Assembly: GCA_030141605.1 (NCBI GenBank)
Contig: JAQGDQ010000583.1
Span: forward strand, 62,001-126,000
Reading direction: 5' to 3'
Length of the DNA: 64,000 nt
Origin: Tubiluchus corallicola
Taxonomy: Eukaryota > Animalia > Priapulida
Each line of letters begins with the position of its first letter. Position 1 is the stretch's first letter. The notes below the pieces were generated by a model that worked only from the letters and a program-made list of their open reading frames with translations, was not told the DNA's origin and searched no databases. A program made the position numbers and the translations under genes. Below, piece after piece: positions 1-29,535 of this stretch.

Positions 1-1090
1 ACATTACTTCTAATGCAACACTAAAAGTAGGTGACTGTTCCATAGAACAAGCAAAAACTGTAAAATTTTTAGGCATTACTGTCGACAATAAACTCACTTG
101 GGATGAACAGTTTCATCAAATACACAACAAGATGGCATTAAGCACGACATTCTTACGCCAAACCAGAGGCCATCTAACCAAGAAAACAAAAATTCTCATC
201 TACAAAAGTCTAATATTACCACATTATCTATATGGTTGCACTTTACTTCAAAACGTTAAATATGAAAACTTTAGAAAACTAAATACAATGCAAAACTACG
301 CACTTAGATTAATTCATGGCTACTCTAACAAAACTGCTAAACAACATGCTGCTTCTGCAACAAGCTTAAGAACGTCCACAAAAATACCAATATTAGAAGC
401 CTATCGAGATTACAAAACACTGATATTTCTTTATAAATATATAAATAAACTGAGCATTCCATTTATAAACAATCCCTTAGCATTTATTCCTGATACCACA
501 TTGAACACTAGAACATACAATTTAAAGCAAATTACAGTAAACAATAAATTTGGAAATAACTCTATATCAAAACAGGCCATACATTTATGGAACTTACTAC
601 CCAGTGCAATAAAACAAATAGAATCTCTCCACCACTTTAAAAAGAAATTAAAAGAATATCAATATAACAGGTTTCAACTTCCACATTGTGCATCTGATAC
701 TAATTACACGGACTCCACCTTCATATACCCCCGCCCCTGACTCCATATAATGATTAAAAATGAAATTTTTTTAAAAAAATTATGTAATGTAATACGTGTT
801 ATGTTAGTTTCGTGTTTCGTAATGTTAAATGTATAAATAGTGTGCACTATGTAATGTAAAATTTAATGTACTTTCCTATAATTGTTTGTAAAAATATTTT
901 AATATGGTATTTGTAAATATGTTCATTATATTGTATATAGTTTGCACTTTAGTTTTTTTAGTATGCACTGGACGCATTTGTCTTGAACAGTGTTGTTATT
1001 TTAACATTACGCTGAGGCTAACTCAATTTTATTATAATGAGGGAACCGTTTTTATGACAAATAAAGAATTAATATATAATATATATATAT
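1..1090 (+). mobile_element. Non-LTR retrotransposon (L2/Crack/Daphne-like) ORF2 3' end plus 3'UTR
   Basis: Frame reads VKFLGITVDNKLTW..IYKSLILPHYLYG..QNYALRLI..LWNLLP..FKKKLK, a typical post-RT region; AT-rich UTR ending AATAAA and (AT)n. Related copy at 14720-15400. Confidence 0.85.
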
Positions 1091-1704
1091 ATTTATTGTA
1101 CCGCATATGAGCATGAATAAACGGTATAAATAAGTAAATAAATAGACACATCGATGTACTAATCACGAAAGAAACAAATTAAAAGAAATTTGCACAAAAC
1201 TTTGCTGATCATTATATGGCAAGGTATAGGCAATACACACAGGCCGCAGGTTAGTTTAGGAAGATACTGAGCTGAAGAAGTCGGAGTGGGATAGCTTCAA
1301 AAGCCTCTAAACTACGAAAAAGACACGAAAATGGCAATTAACATTTTTAGTGCCACATCACTTATACTAAAATGTGAATTTCGCACACAACTCTTCTTTT
1401 GTAGCCAAGGTGACCTATGATCACGTACATGCAATGTCGCGGTCGCAAGATCATCCTTCATACCGTGATTGCTGGCTTTCCGAAATTTTCAAAAATTTCG
1501 ATCGTTTCTCAAAATTTATTGAGCCTAGAGGTAACATTATTGCATGCCCTTTGATTACGTTACTGATGAATTTATTTTACTCGTTATAAACAATGCGTCA
1601 AAATTAAGTCTTGAACAGGAAAATTATAACCTATCTACATCATAATTTTTTGCAAGAGCCAGACAGATTGTTGTAAGAAAACGACATTACAAACATCGTC
1701 TTAC

Positions 1705-18194
<16,490 letters not shown>

Positions 18195-18559
18195 TTTTAA
18201 TGTTGTCTCTTCATGTGTTCATATGCCTTGCTTGGAGCGATTGACTTCGAAAGATTGGCGTTGAATCCGCGAAGGGCTATAATTATACGAAGTACGTTCT
18301 GCTGCTGAATATCTAATAAAATAACATCGTTGTTGTATTGATTACATGTCATGTAGTAATTTATGATGTATACACATATTTTTCACGAGTTTTGCATGAT
18401 TAAATAAGTAGGGTACGCCCACTGTTGCAACGATGTAATGCCACTTTCGCCTGTCCATATTTTTTTCTGTTGGTTGCAGAAGTTCGTCGACAGGGTGCAG
18501 CACCACACAAGGCTGGCAGTATGGCACGATTCTTACACCGTTCCCGCAAAACTGACTCG

Positions 18560-19720
18560 CACCGTATTAGTAGGATAAAGCATTATCGTAATTTCATACC
18601 AGTTGCATATAGAATCAACTATAAGAGTGTCATGTTAATGTTTGTAGTCGATCATATTAAACAATTGCAGCAGCCGAACATGGAAAATATCTGGAGTGAA
18701 AGTCCACGGGAAGAGGCTGCCCATGCTGATTGGGGCATTTTATCGCCTGCAGGGCTGCACTGATTTCCACGTAAACCTCGATGCAAATTTAATTGACGCC
18801 GTAAATGAAAACCTAGAAATAATCTTACTAGGGGGCTTCAACTATGATTATGCCTAACTGGTCTGCAAATAGAGGGGGGAATTTTGAAGGTAATTTGATA
18901 CTTTGAGGAGAAGCGTTGAATGTCCGAGGTTCCTGAATTACCCTTTCTTTAGTAACCAAAGCGTGAGTGAAACAAGAGAAACATATTTGCATGCGGAACA
19001 CCGTACTTACTTGTGTGTTAAATTGCCATGAAAAAGAAACAGTCAATTGGGATACTAACATATATGTTTTATAATATTTACATGCACAAACAACGTTAAC
19101 AACAGTGCAACAAACAAACAAACAATGCTAATTAGCCTACATATTTATGACAACTAATTTATAAGTGACCCGTCTAACGGAGGTGTTTGTGTTTTAAGAC
19201 ACAGTATTTAGAGATTAGCAATGAATTCGTTTGGCAGAAGGCTTTTATAACATACGATATTCATAATATCTAAAAATAGGTTAGGTACAAGTTTAAGATC
19301 ACGTATGCCATACAAGGTCAAAACTACCTATGAATGCGGCTTCAACAAGTTTTTGAAATCGCGACTGTTTTATACTTGCAACAGTCCACGACAAGGACTG
19401 TGTAAAAAGATTAAATTTCTTACGAGATGAATACCATCTAAAGTAGATCATCAATGTTCTTATTAGAGTAAATGAAACAGCAGAAACGATAATAGACCAC
19501 ATCTAGGTTAGTAAAAATAGCACATAGGAGACTGGTTCTATCTCCGTTGGTCTCAGCGACCGTGGTCTGTCTAGTACGAAAACGCAACAATGCGATTAAA
19601 CAGGGGAAAATGCAAACGGTCACAGACACGATGTAATCCAATAAAGTGAATAACATTGATCGAGACTCTTTCTTAGATGAACTCCTATTAATAGACCGGA
19701 TCTGCGTGGACAAAATTGTA
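18560..19720 (+). mobile_element. Highly decayed LINE AP-endonuclease region, interrupted
   Basis: Remnant motifs FYR(P), EIILLG(D)FNYDY near 18817-18850 and IDHI..GLSD(H) near 19491-19562. Confidence 0.5.
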
Positions 19721-20837
19721 GAAAATTATAGTGCAAACGAAATGTATGTGAGCTACAACGTACCCGGTTTTTCCTGCATACGTAGGAAGGCTGTGTTTAA
19801 TCTCAGAAGTAGGCTGTTTTTGAGTCAGAATACTGTTATTAATATTACTCTTCTTAAGATGAATCTTAGCTAATGATGTAAACAAAATATACGGCTCGTA
19901 TATTTTGTTCACAAACAAACAAAGAAATACGTACCTATTTTTCGGGATACGGTTAGATCGGGAAGTTTGACAGGTAAATCAACCCCCCTAACATTTTTGT
20001 GTAGGTGTTATATAAGTTTAAACATTAAGCTATACTAATTGTAAAATAATTAAGCAGACGGCATTCCATTTTGTATTTATTCTATGCAACTTTTCTATCT
20101 CTTCTTACGTCAAATATCTATTATAGCACAAATTTTTGTACTAAACTAAATGACTACAAATGCTCGCTGGAGTTTTCTAGTTATCAAATAAATGTCAAGT
20201 AACTTTTAATACACTTAAATTGTAACAAGGTCGTGCATAGCAGGCAGCCCGTTGCAGCTGCATGAGGACTTCTCTGCTGGCAACAGAGCCCAAGCAGCCA
20301 ATTTACAAACATCTATTTTTGCGTCCCGACGCTATGGTACATTTTTGTGGCTGCATCAGCTGATGAAGCCCTCGGCTGCGTCGAATACTCACTCAAGGTC
20401 GACGACGACGGGACCTGATTGAAGCCAAATTCTACACTGTGCAGTGGACTGAAGTGCCTAGTGAAGCATGTCCCATGGTAGTTGGATGAGCGGTGACCAG
20501 CGACATCCGTTTGGTGTCAAGTAAGAGAACCACAATAGTGTTATGTCAACCTTGTTGTTATATTAAGATAACTGTAAAATATTTAGAATGTAGTCAGTTT
20601 TTCATTACAATTTATTAAGTTTTGAATTAATGATGGACGCTACGTCGCGCACACGGTTTCTAATAGCGATGCATAAAACTCTGTGAAGCATGAAATATTT
20701 AATAATGCTGTCAGAGTAGCAGAAAATTGATGATGATTATTAATTATGTCTGAATAATTAATATAATATTATTTCTAGACCCGGTTAAAGTTTGCAATTT
20801 TACCCTCAAAACAGGAAATTGGTTCGTGAAGCGGATT

Positions 20838-21110
20838 AGGATTAGAATTATGCTTAGTGTTGGGATTTGGATTAGGGTTAGGGTTAGGGTTAGGGTTTGG
20901 GTTTGGGTTGGTGTTAGTGTTAGGGTTGGGGTTAAGGCCAGGGTTAGGATCGGGATTGGGGTTAGTGTTAGAAATAGGGATAGGATTGCGATTTGGGATG
21001 TGTTAGGGTTAGTGTTGGGATTAGGATTAGGGTTATGGTTAGGGTTAGGAATGGGATTTGGGTTGGTGTTAGGGTCTGGGTTAGGGATGGGGTTAATACT
21101 AGGATTTGGG
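20838..21110 (+). repeat. Degenerate interstitial (TTAGGG)n-like hexamer tract
   Basis: Core TTAGGG x4 at ~20872-20895 surrounded by TTAGGA, TTGGGG and TTTGGG variants. Confidence 0.85.
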
Positions 21111-21714
21111 TGCTTAAATTGTGCAGTAAATTGTTAACTCCTTCCCTAGACCCAAAAATGTTTTACAACTTGATATTGATTTGCGTCATGATAATTTTTA
21201 GATTATTTTTAAGATATTCATTTCGTTCTCACGGCAAAATTTTTGGAAGCAAAAACTTTATCTTTGGTAACAGTATGCAAAACGATTTTTGAATATGTAT
21301 ATATTTTTTTGCTGTCACCTATTTTGAATGATGAATGTGTGCATAAGTGAACGTACAGATTTCGGTGCTCCCTGCTACTTCGGTCAAGTTTGTATTTGAA
21401 TTGAATTTTCATGATATTTTGATTTTTTAAATTTTCTCTGCGCAGTTGTGTTGTTGTAACGCGGAGACGCATAGTGATTCATGCTGCAGTCTCAACCGTC
21501 TGTGTGCTACGCTGGGGTATAGGATATCAAATGCTTTCTAAATACGGCTGAAGAATTTTAAGCATGTCGTAGCTTACTTTCACACATTGAAATTCTTGCA
21601 GACTAGTTGTGAAATTTGTGCGCATTTTACATGTTGCAAAGTTCGCGTGATTCATTAAGATTCTCTTCTGAACACTGCATATAGCGAGTAGATTTACTAA
21701 AAATATTTATAAGG

Positions 21715-21829
21715 GAAGAAGTCAGTGGAGAAGGCGAAGGGAGAATGAAGAAAAATATCCGAGAGTAAGAGATAGATAGACAGATAGAGAGAAGGAGAGG
21801 AGGGAGGAAGAGAGAAAGAGAAAGAGAGG

Positions 21830-21872
<43 letters not shown>

Positions 21873-21936
21873 GAGGGCGGAAGAGATAGAGGAAGGTGAG
21901 GAAGGGAGATAGGGGGAGAGTGTGTGTGTGAGAGAA

Positions 21937-21990
<54 letters not shown>

Positions 21991-22020
21991 GGGGGAGAGA
22001 GGGGGGGGGAGAGAAAGAGA
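21715..22020. repeat. Polypurine (AG)n-rich tract
   Basis: Direct reading. Confidence 0.9.
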
Positions 22021-24439
22021 GTCTTAGAGCAGCAGAATGTGGATAATTCGTTATACCTTATTTACCTAATTTAGTATCCTAGTTATACAGACTATATATA
22101 GTTATATATTTTCTCGAAAGTTCATACGCTTATGGTTTGCCATTTTCGCCGTACACTGAATTTTCGATGCAGAATTTTTGGTAGTGGATATGCGGATCAC
22201 GTAAACGATAGAGCAGATGCCGTTTGTTTTCAGTGGTTGCTGTAGCTATTTTATTTCTTTGCTGATTTTTGCTTAACATGGAGGTTTTCATTATTTTTGG
22301 TCACCCATGGTCGGAAGAAAAACATCCGGGCGTAATGTCCCCACACAATTCAGACGCATGTCTATACGGCCCTTACTTGTTCTCTCCTGGGAAAAGAATT
22401 TGTGTAGGCCTATTTTGCCGGGTACACCAAGCTATTTTAAGACATTGTCTATAAAATTATGCATATTTGCCCCAGAGTTTGGCGACAAAAGTATAAGTTG
22501 TTGTTGTTGTTGAGCATTTCTGTTAATACATTCAGGGTGGATTCTGTTAGGAGGCGGAAGCTGACTCCATCTCGTTTGTGAATTTTCGCCTTCATTTCAT
22601 TGCAGGTTTATAATAACAGCCCAAAGGAAGGGATCGTGTGTTGTGTATCCAGCCGAGGATATTAGTGAAATCCAAAATCATTTTAAATAAAAGGTGTACC
22701 ATACCTAGGTAATCTGTTAACACAAAAAAGAATTAATAATATTTTCGATCGGGTAATCTTGATATTGTAATGAAAAAAGTGCATAAAAGTTAGAAGTATA
22801 CGATTGTAGTGCCACATTGTGTTGTACATTAAAAATTTCGAAGAAAAACTAGCTCAGGAAAACAGTTATTGTACTTTTCCGCCATTTTTGAACTATGAAA
22901 ATACCAGAACGTTTCGGAGGTTTCTTCAAAAGCTGCAATAAAGTGGCTAGTGACCCGTTTCTGCCAAGAGAAAGATTTTCAAATAAGATATCAATTAAGA
23001 GTTTCGTTCGGGAGAAAGGGTAAACTACGACGTGTCTAGGGTCTTTTCAGCGTGCTTAAAAAGCAGCTGCTGAGGTGATCCAATGGTCTAACCAGCTACT
23101 ATGCCGGTTTGGCCTTTGAACTTAAAGTATGTTCTTTGTCATGGTGGTAATTGCTGCTAAAATTTCACGAAAGAATCTTGTTGGAAAACGGTATTTGGCA
23201 AGGACGTTGCGAGGCATTTTCCCGCGGAAACACACTGACACACTTTCCATTAGAAATGCAAGACTGCCAATAAAGGTCTCCTAAATATTGCAAACACCTT
23301 GCTGAATGTATAGGATATTGGCAGTATTAATTTTATCAGAATGACGTCACCGTTCTGTCACGCCACCTGCCCAAAATTGTTAAAATTAAATTAAACTAAG
23401 CAAGCAGGTGGGCCGTTAATACCTGATGTTTGGCTATGATGGAACTGCAAAAAACATTCGTCTGAGAGAAATCACATATTAAACGTTAAAAGTTAATTTA
23501 AGCTACATATTGAAGTTGTCTGAAGTTTTTATTTATGGTAGTTTATAGACGAAACACTGAACGTTGCACTTTTAATGATTTACGCCCAATTTTTATCGAA
23601 AGCTTGAAAACAGTTCAAAATACTCAACTCACGTTTCAATGAGTTCAGATTAAAAAAAACTGGAAATCAATCGACGAAGTTGGATGATTATGGTAAATTA
23701 ACGATTTTTGTTAATCGAACTTGGCTGAAAGAAAGAACTAGGGCCTGCCAGCACTCTAAGAACAAGAGTAACGTACGTGCCTGTAACGTAACAATATATT
23801 TTCAACACATTGCCGTAGCTTTATACGGAAGACGGGCATGGCAACATGTACAAACTGCTGTAATCGCGAAAATAATCAGTTTACTATTATTCGTGCCCCG
23901 AGGAATGATGAAAGGAAAAAAAGCTCAGGTTTAGACATAAAGCTTTTAGTGGGTATATTTAACGGGGACCGAGTCAGTCTGCAAGCTCGTCTATTAGGCT
24001 AAAAATACTCGCCAAAGTTAAGACTTCCAGATGTTCTCAGATATACTGTCGTCGAAAGTCACGGCAGCAAACATAATATTGTAGGCCAAGAAGTAGCAGA
24101 TTGCACATTGTATTGAATTGCACACGAGCACAACCATGTTGATGAATGAGATATTATTTAAACTGATTTGCATTTTTCTACCTACAAATTTTCAGTTATA
24201 CGTATGAGTACAAATTTATACCTGCACTGGTGCAATTTTGGGAAGGCTAGTCGTAGAAATGATGAAAGAGTTTAATTGACATCGTTTTTCTGAAATGCGT
24301 GATTTTCAGTGTTTCAAATAAACAAAGAAATCATAACTTAATAAAATCTAGAGTATTTTAAATATAACTAATACAACTTGGATTATTAAAGAACACTGTA
24401 TCTTTTTTTAAATTCACAGTCTGACCTATTCACGCCCTC

Positions 24440-24802
24440 TATAATATAATATAATATAATATAATATAATATAATATAATATAATATAATATAATATAAT
24501 ATAATATAATATAATATAATATAATATAATATAATATAATATAATATAATATAATATAATATAATATAATATAATATAATATAATATAATATAATATAAT
24601 ATAATATAATATAATATAATATAATATAATATAATATAATATAATATAATATAATATAATATAATATAATATAATATAACATAACATAACATAACATAAC
24701 ATAACATAACATAACATAACATAACATAACATAACATAACATAACATAACATAACATAACATAACATAACATAACATAACATAACATAACATAACATAAC
24801 AT
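24440..24802. repeat. Compound pentamer (ATAAT)n switching to (ATAAC)n
   Basis: Direct reading; switch at ~24680. Confidence 0.97.
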
Positions 24803-27800
24803 ACGTCACGTTGCATTTTGCGCATGGTGACGTCAATGGTTACTGTTAAACTATTTCAGGTTATACAAAAAAATTCGTGGCGCGGTTCCGAAAATCGCTA
24901 TTTTTACAGATATTTCGCTTCAATAACAAGATGTTACTCTTTGCTAACAACTTCTTTGATCGCTATGAATAGCCCAAAACTCGCACTTGTGAAGCCGTGA
25001 CTCGTTTACCAACATTAACCGGCTCAGTCCTTAACAACTTTCTCCGTAAATAGCATATAAAGTCTTTTTATTGCATGTTGTAGCTCAAACGTTGTCAACA
25101 CTTTTTTTTATCAAAACAACCCTAAGTATATAAGGAGTACTTGTACAGTAAAATTTTGTACAGTAAACTGGGTGTGAGATGTAGGTACATGAGGTTAATT
25201 TCAAACTGAGCTTGAAACTGAATCTTTCGGATAGATACAGTGCCGTAAGGAACGTGTTAACGTATTTTACAGGCTTTCAAATTGTAAAGCAGCTTTTCCT
25301 AGTACCAAGAATTCACTGTGCGCTGAACCAGTGTGTTAGTGAAAACACCTGGATCTAGTAATTAGTCACGACTTGCACAAATTTACATGTTACATCGTTC
25401 CGATATTGCGAAGAATTTTGGTTGTATTAATTGTCGGAATTCTGTGTATGATGCTGGACTTGCGCCCACAAACTATGAGATCATAGTTGGATGGGTGATC
25501 GATGCAAACCTACTGATACTTGTTGACATTTTGGGTAGCTACAAACCAGTGCGCCAACATTATTTTTACAAATATCAGTGGTCTCATTGTAGAACTTTGC
25601 GTAAGTTCACGTTTGCCTAGAATTGTAAAAATGTTAGTGGAATTATTCATATTTGCCATGGTCGGTTTTAAACAGCTTCTTCCTTTCGGTTAAGTACGAC
25701 AAAAAACTAATTCAATTTTGTGTAAAATGTATTTAGTTGAGTTGTCTAGGTCATCGACAAAACTAATGAAGTTTTAATATCCAAATCTGCAGTGTGTGCA
25801 CTCAACCTAGCATGGCATGTCGCTTCTTGGTGCAAAATTGAGTGCTGGTGATCATGGTAAGTTTAGTAAGCCTACTATAATGTTGTAAAATGAAAATTTT
25901 GAGATTTTTCGAGAGAAGTTGAGCTCAGTAAATTTACGTGAATATTTTAGACGCTGATCTTAATAGCAACAAAGACGATTGTATAACTGGCGTAACTTAA
26001 ACTCTAGTTTTACGTTTTGAACAACAGTCTGCAATATAAATTTTATTTTTTTCAGATTCATTACGTAATCTTAAAGTTAACTAAACAGTAGCTAGTTTTG
26101 CTTATTACAGGTAATATTTTTTTCGTTTTAACGTAAAGAAAGTCAAACGAAAATGTATTGACAATACTGGTAAATGTCTAGTACCGAATACCTCTGGTTG
26201 GTTAGACTTGTTTTATTTATATCCGAATATCATTTATAACGAACAAGAACAGGAATTCAAACATGAATAATCGTCGTTCCATATTTCCCTGTGTGTCCCT
26301 TTATTAACCTCATATTAGAGAATATAGTCTGTTTCATTTTGAAAACAATGTTGAAAATTGCCCACGTGTTGTCTAATATTTCTCTTTTTATGCAGTTGGT
26401 TGATTAGTCTTACGTAGCACTGTTTATCCGTCTTGTTCATTTTAGCAGTTTTATGGCTATCGAGATTAACGATATGGCTTCTTAGCTAAACTAAAGTGAG
26501 CTAAGGCACACATGGTATGCGTATGGGTATGTGGTATGCACGTGTAAGCGTGATTTGCTCCACACACTGAACAACTTAGTCAAAAATAGTATAACAAGAA
26601 AGTAATAACGCAATATAGTAAGCTTTTAGGTAGTTTGCTATTTCTGTATCAACTAGTTAATACTGTAGAACAGGTATCTTTGTACATGCATACATGAAGT
26701 TGGGTCGTGTTTTTGATCACTCTATGAGTGAGTAACACGATTCTGCCAAATCACCCAATAAGTGATTAAATAGCGCAAACAGCGATGATGAAAAATGTCT
26801 AATTCGGCTTTGAGGAGAAGTCCAGAGCTTTGTCCCTGAAAGAAGCCTGGAGGTTATGCTGACTGCAGAAGAAAACACAGATAGTTGATCTTGTAAACAA
26901 GCGCTATATCCCATCCCAAGCCTTGCCAGACTACAAAACGTAAGTTGATTCCCTTGTCTAGCGCGTAAAAATAAATAAATAACATTAGCTGCGCCATGCT
27001 ACAAAACGGTAGCCACAAGAAAAATACTTTGTACAATATTGAAACTGTGCGATACGATAAGCGCTGATAAATCATTGCACTGATGATCAATAATGCGCAA
27101 ACATTGTACATAGTTTTCGCTTTCTGATTGTGAAATGATAGTAATAATGCACGAACGTTCTACATAGTAATGATGGCAATAAGCGGATGGGTCATAGATA
27201 CAGATTTTCGTGTAAATTTAGAATACGTATTGTTTACCTAACAGTGAGTAAATAGCAAAGTGTTGTATTACATGTGCGAGAACAAGACCTGCGCACGGCG
27301 AAAAAGACGGCTTTATAAAGTGACTCGCTAGCGAGTAAGGCAATAAAATTCACATTTTCTCCAATAAAAAATGTTTTTGTATTATTTTTTGCTCATAAAC
27401 GTTTGGAATGATCGGCTAAGGTAACTGATTGAGCTAACTTTCTGCACAACTCATTACACCACTCCTATTCCTTCCAAACTTACTTCTGTCGTCTGTTGCT
27501 AACCTCAATTTGAAAGAAGCCATGTCCAAAAATAACACGGCATACCATATTTCCGTCAACATTCGTCAGTGCTAGTCGGGATTATAGTTGGCTTCAAATG
27601 AGCTACGTGAACCCATAAATTACTTCAACAAACAAACCGCAGTAATATACTGCCTGCTGGGCGCTTTACCAGTAATTGCAAACAATATGTTGTTTTTCAA
27701 ATGAAATCTTGAAAAGAAAGCACCAGCACCTCTACGTAGACAGACATTGTTCATAATTTCATTTGCCTAACGTTTCAGCGTTGAGCAACGCCATAGGTGG

Positions 27801-29091
27801 AAAATACTTTGAAGCCTGCAAGTACATTACATTACAGTAACTATAATAATATTCACGGCGACCAGAATCACATTATAGGAAGAGTTGTCAATAAACAAAA
27901 CAAAATAAAATGTTTGCCTATAGTGTTGCGTGTTTGGGAGAGAAATTAATTAAGAAATGCCACACTGATACATTTCAGCATCAGATATGTTACAAAAGTT
28001 ATACTTGCAGGCTTCACGTTGTACATGTGATTGTGGCATTGCTGTAAGTGCTGATACGTTAGAGAAATAAAGCTGTTGTGGTCTTTGCATTTGGGATTCT
28101 TGACTTGAAAAGTTTCAAGTTTCATGTCCCAGGACATTATTAGCATTCGCACATCGCTTTATCACTTTAATGCCATTGTTGTGAAAAGTCTGCGCGATGA
28201 GGTATATTTCGTCATACTATTATGTTACAAAAATGTTTAGCTTTCACACCTTGGCACACATTGTGACCACTCTGTTATATCTCATCCACCCATCGGGCAC
28301 AACTGTTTTGGAATCAATAAATCAATCAACTTACAATGTTTATCTTAGGCCGTTGTTTGCGAAATGCGTACCTAAAAATGTTTGTCATGTACGTTCACTT
28401 CTTAGTATTAGTCATTTCCTACCTAGCAGTTGGCAGCTGCTCTGCACTTTTATTCGTACAGCCAACCTGACAGATTACGTGTTTGATAGAACAATAGTAT
28501 GGTTATACAGTTTTAAATTGCCGTTTGCCGTTTGAGATCTTTCTCATAGGATAACGCGTATAGGATATGTGACTTCTCCTGGTATAGCTGCTACTTGAAA
28601 ATAAACAATAAATGCCCTGTGTCCAAATAGCTGGGAATCGATGCACAAATTGCTCTCTTTGTTCGTTTTCATTCTGTTTGCAATAGCTTTCATTTTAACA
28701 ATATCCAGTCATGAGTAAATGAGGCTTTTATGTTTTTTGTGTTTCATTTATTTTATGAATCTTTATTGTTTACGTTTTGGCTTCTTTATTTTGTACAATG
28801 ATTGTTGATGGGTAAGCCGGCTTCTTAAGACAAAGTAAATGTATTTGACTATATGTACGGTCGATTTCGAACCATTTGGATGTAGGGTTTTTGCCAGAAA
28901 CGCGTGGAACGTTTGTTTTATAACATAAACGTAAAAGATCTAACGCTGACAGCTGTGTAGTTTAAAACTGACAGCTTGATTTCAGTATGTGCTCAAGATG
29001 TTGAAAGAGAACATCAGTTGCCCTCAGAATCTCGATTGCTTCTTCGTTTTGGACCTTGGATAGCCATGTGACAGTTTAATCGGTCTTTTCT

Positions 29092-29535
29092 TCAAATTCT
29101 AATTCCATTTATTGTAGACATTGAGGCGTCAACATTTATCAGAGTATTCCACCTACTTTTGTGTGCAGCTAACAGCGCAAGTTCTTGTACTTCTAAAGAT
29201 AGATTTGGTTGAAGTTGTTGAACACCTTCATTTATCTTAGCTATGCAAGTTGTTTTAGGTTTGCCAGGTGGTTTTTGCACGGTTTTCGGGCTTCCTTTAA
29301 GGCGATTCTTACTGGTAATTCATTTGGCATTCTTAGAAGACGTTTTAGCCATCTTAATCTTCGGATCTTGGCTTTTGAACTCCAATAAATTTCTTTCGTT
29401 CTAGTGTATAAATCTTCATTTTTGATTATGTATGACCATCTTATCTTTAAAACTTTCTTTAGAAGACTTCTATGAAATGTGTCAATCTGCTTTTCTTGAG
29501 TAATTGTTAAAGTCCAAGTTTCACTGTTATGCTGG
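29092..29535 (-). mobile_element. RTE-clade LINE ORF2 3' fragment
   Basis: Minus frame SETWTLT..IDTFHRSLLKKVLKIRW..NEDLY..RRLRWL..LLRMP..PPGKPKTT, typical of the RTE C-terminus. Confidence 0.8.

Noticed and set aside
132-740. Host protein-coding gene
   Set aside because: It is the C-terminal part of a LINE ORF2; the frame is open upstream of this ATG and a decayed paralogue is present in the window.
19270-19279. Perfect MEF2 site CTAAAAATAG upstream of a muscle-type gene
   Set aside because: Expected by chance in AT-rich DNA and located within decayed repeat sequence.
20225-20520. GC-richer block as a candidate PDZ exon or hammerhead (CTGATGAAGCC)
   Set aside because: No PDZ motifs in the plus frames and no GAAA closure; probably a decayed repeat.
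26860-26862. In-frame TGA as selenocysteine or readthrough in a candidate first exon
   Set aside because: No homology or SECIS evidence and no in-frame ATG upstream; more simply untranslated.
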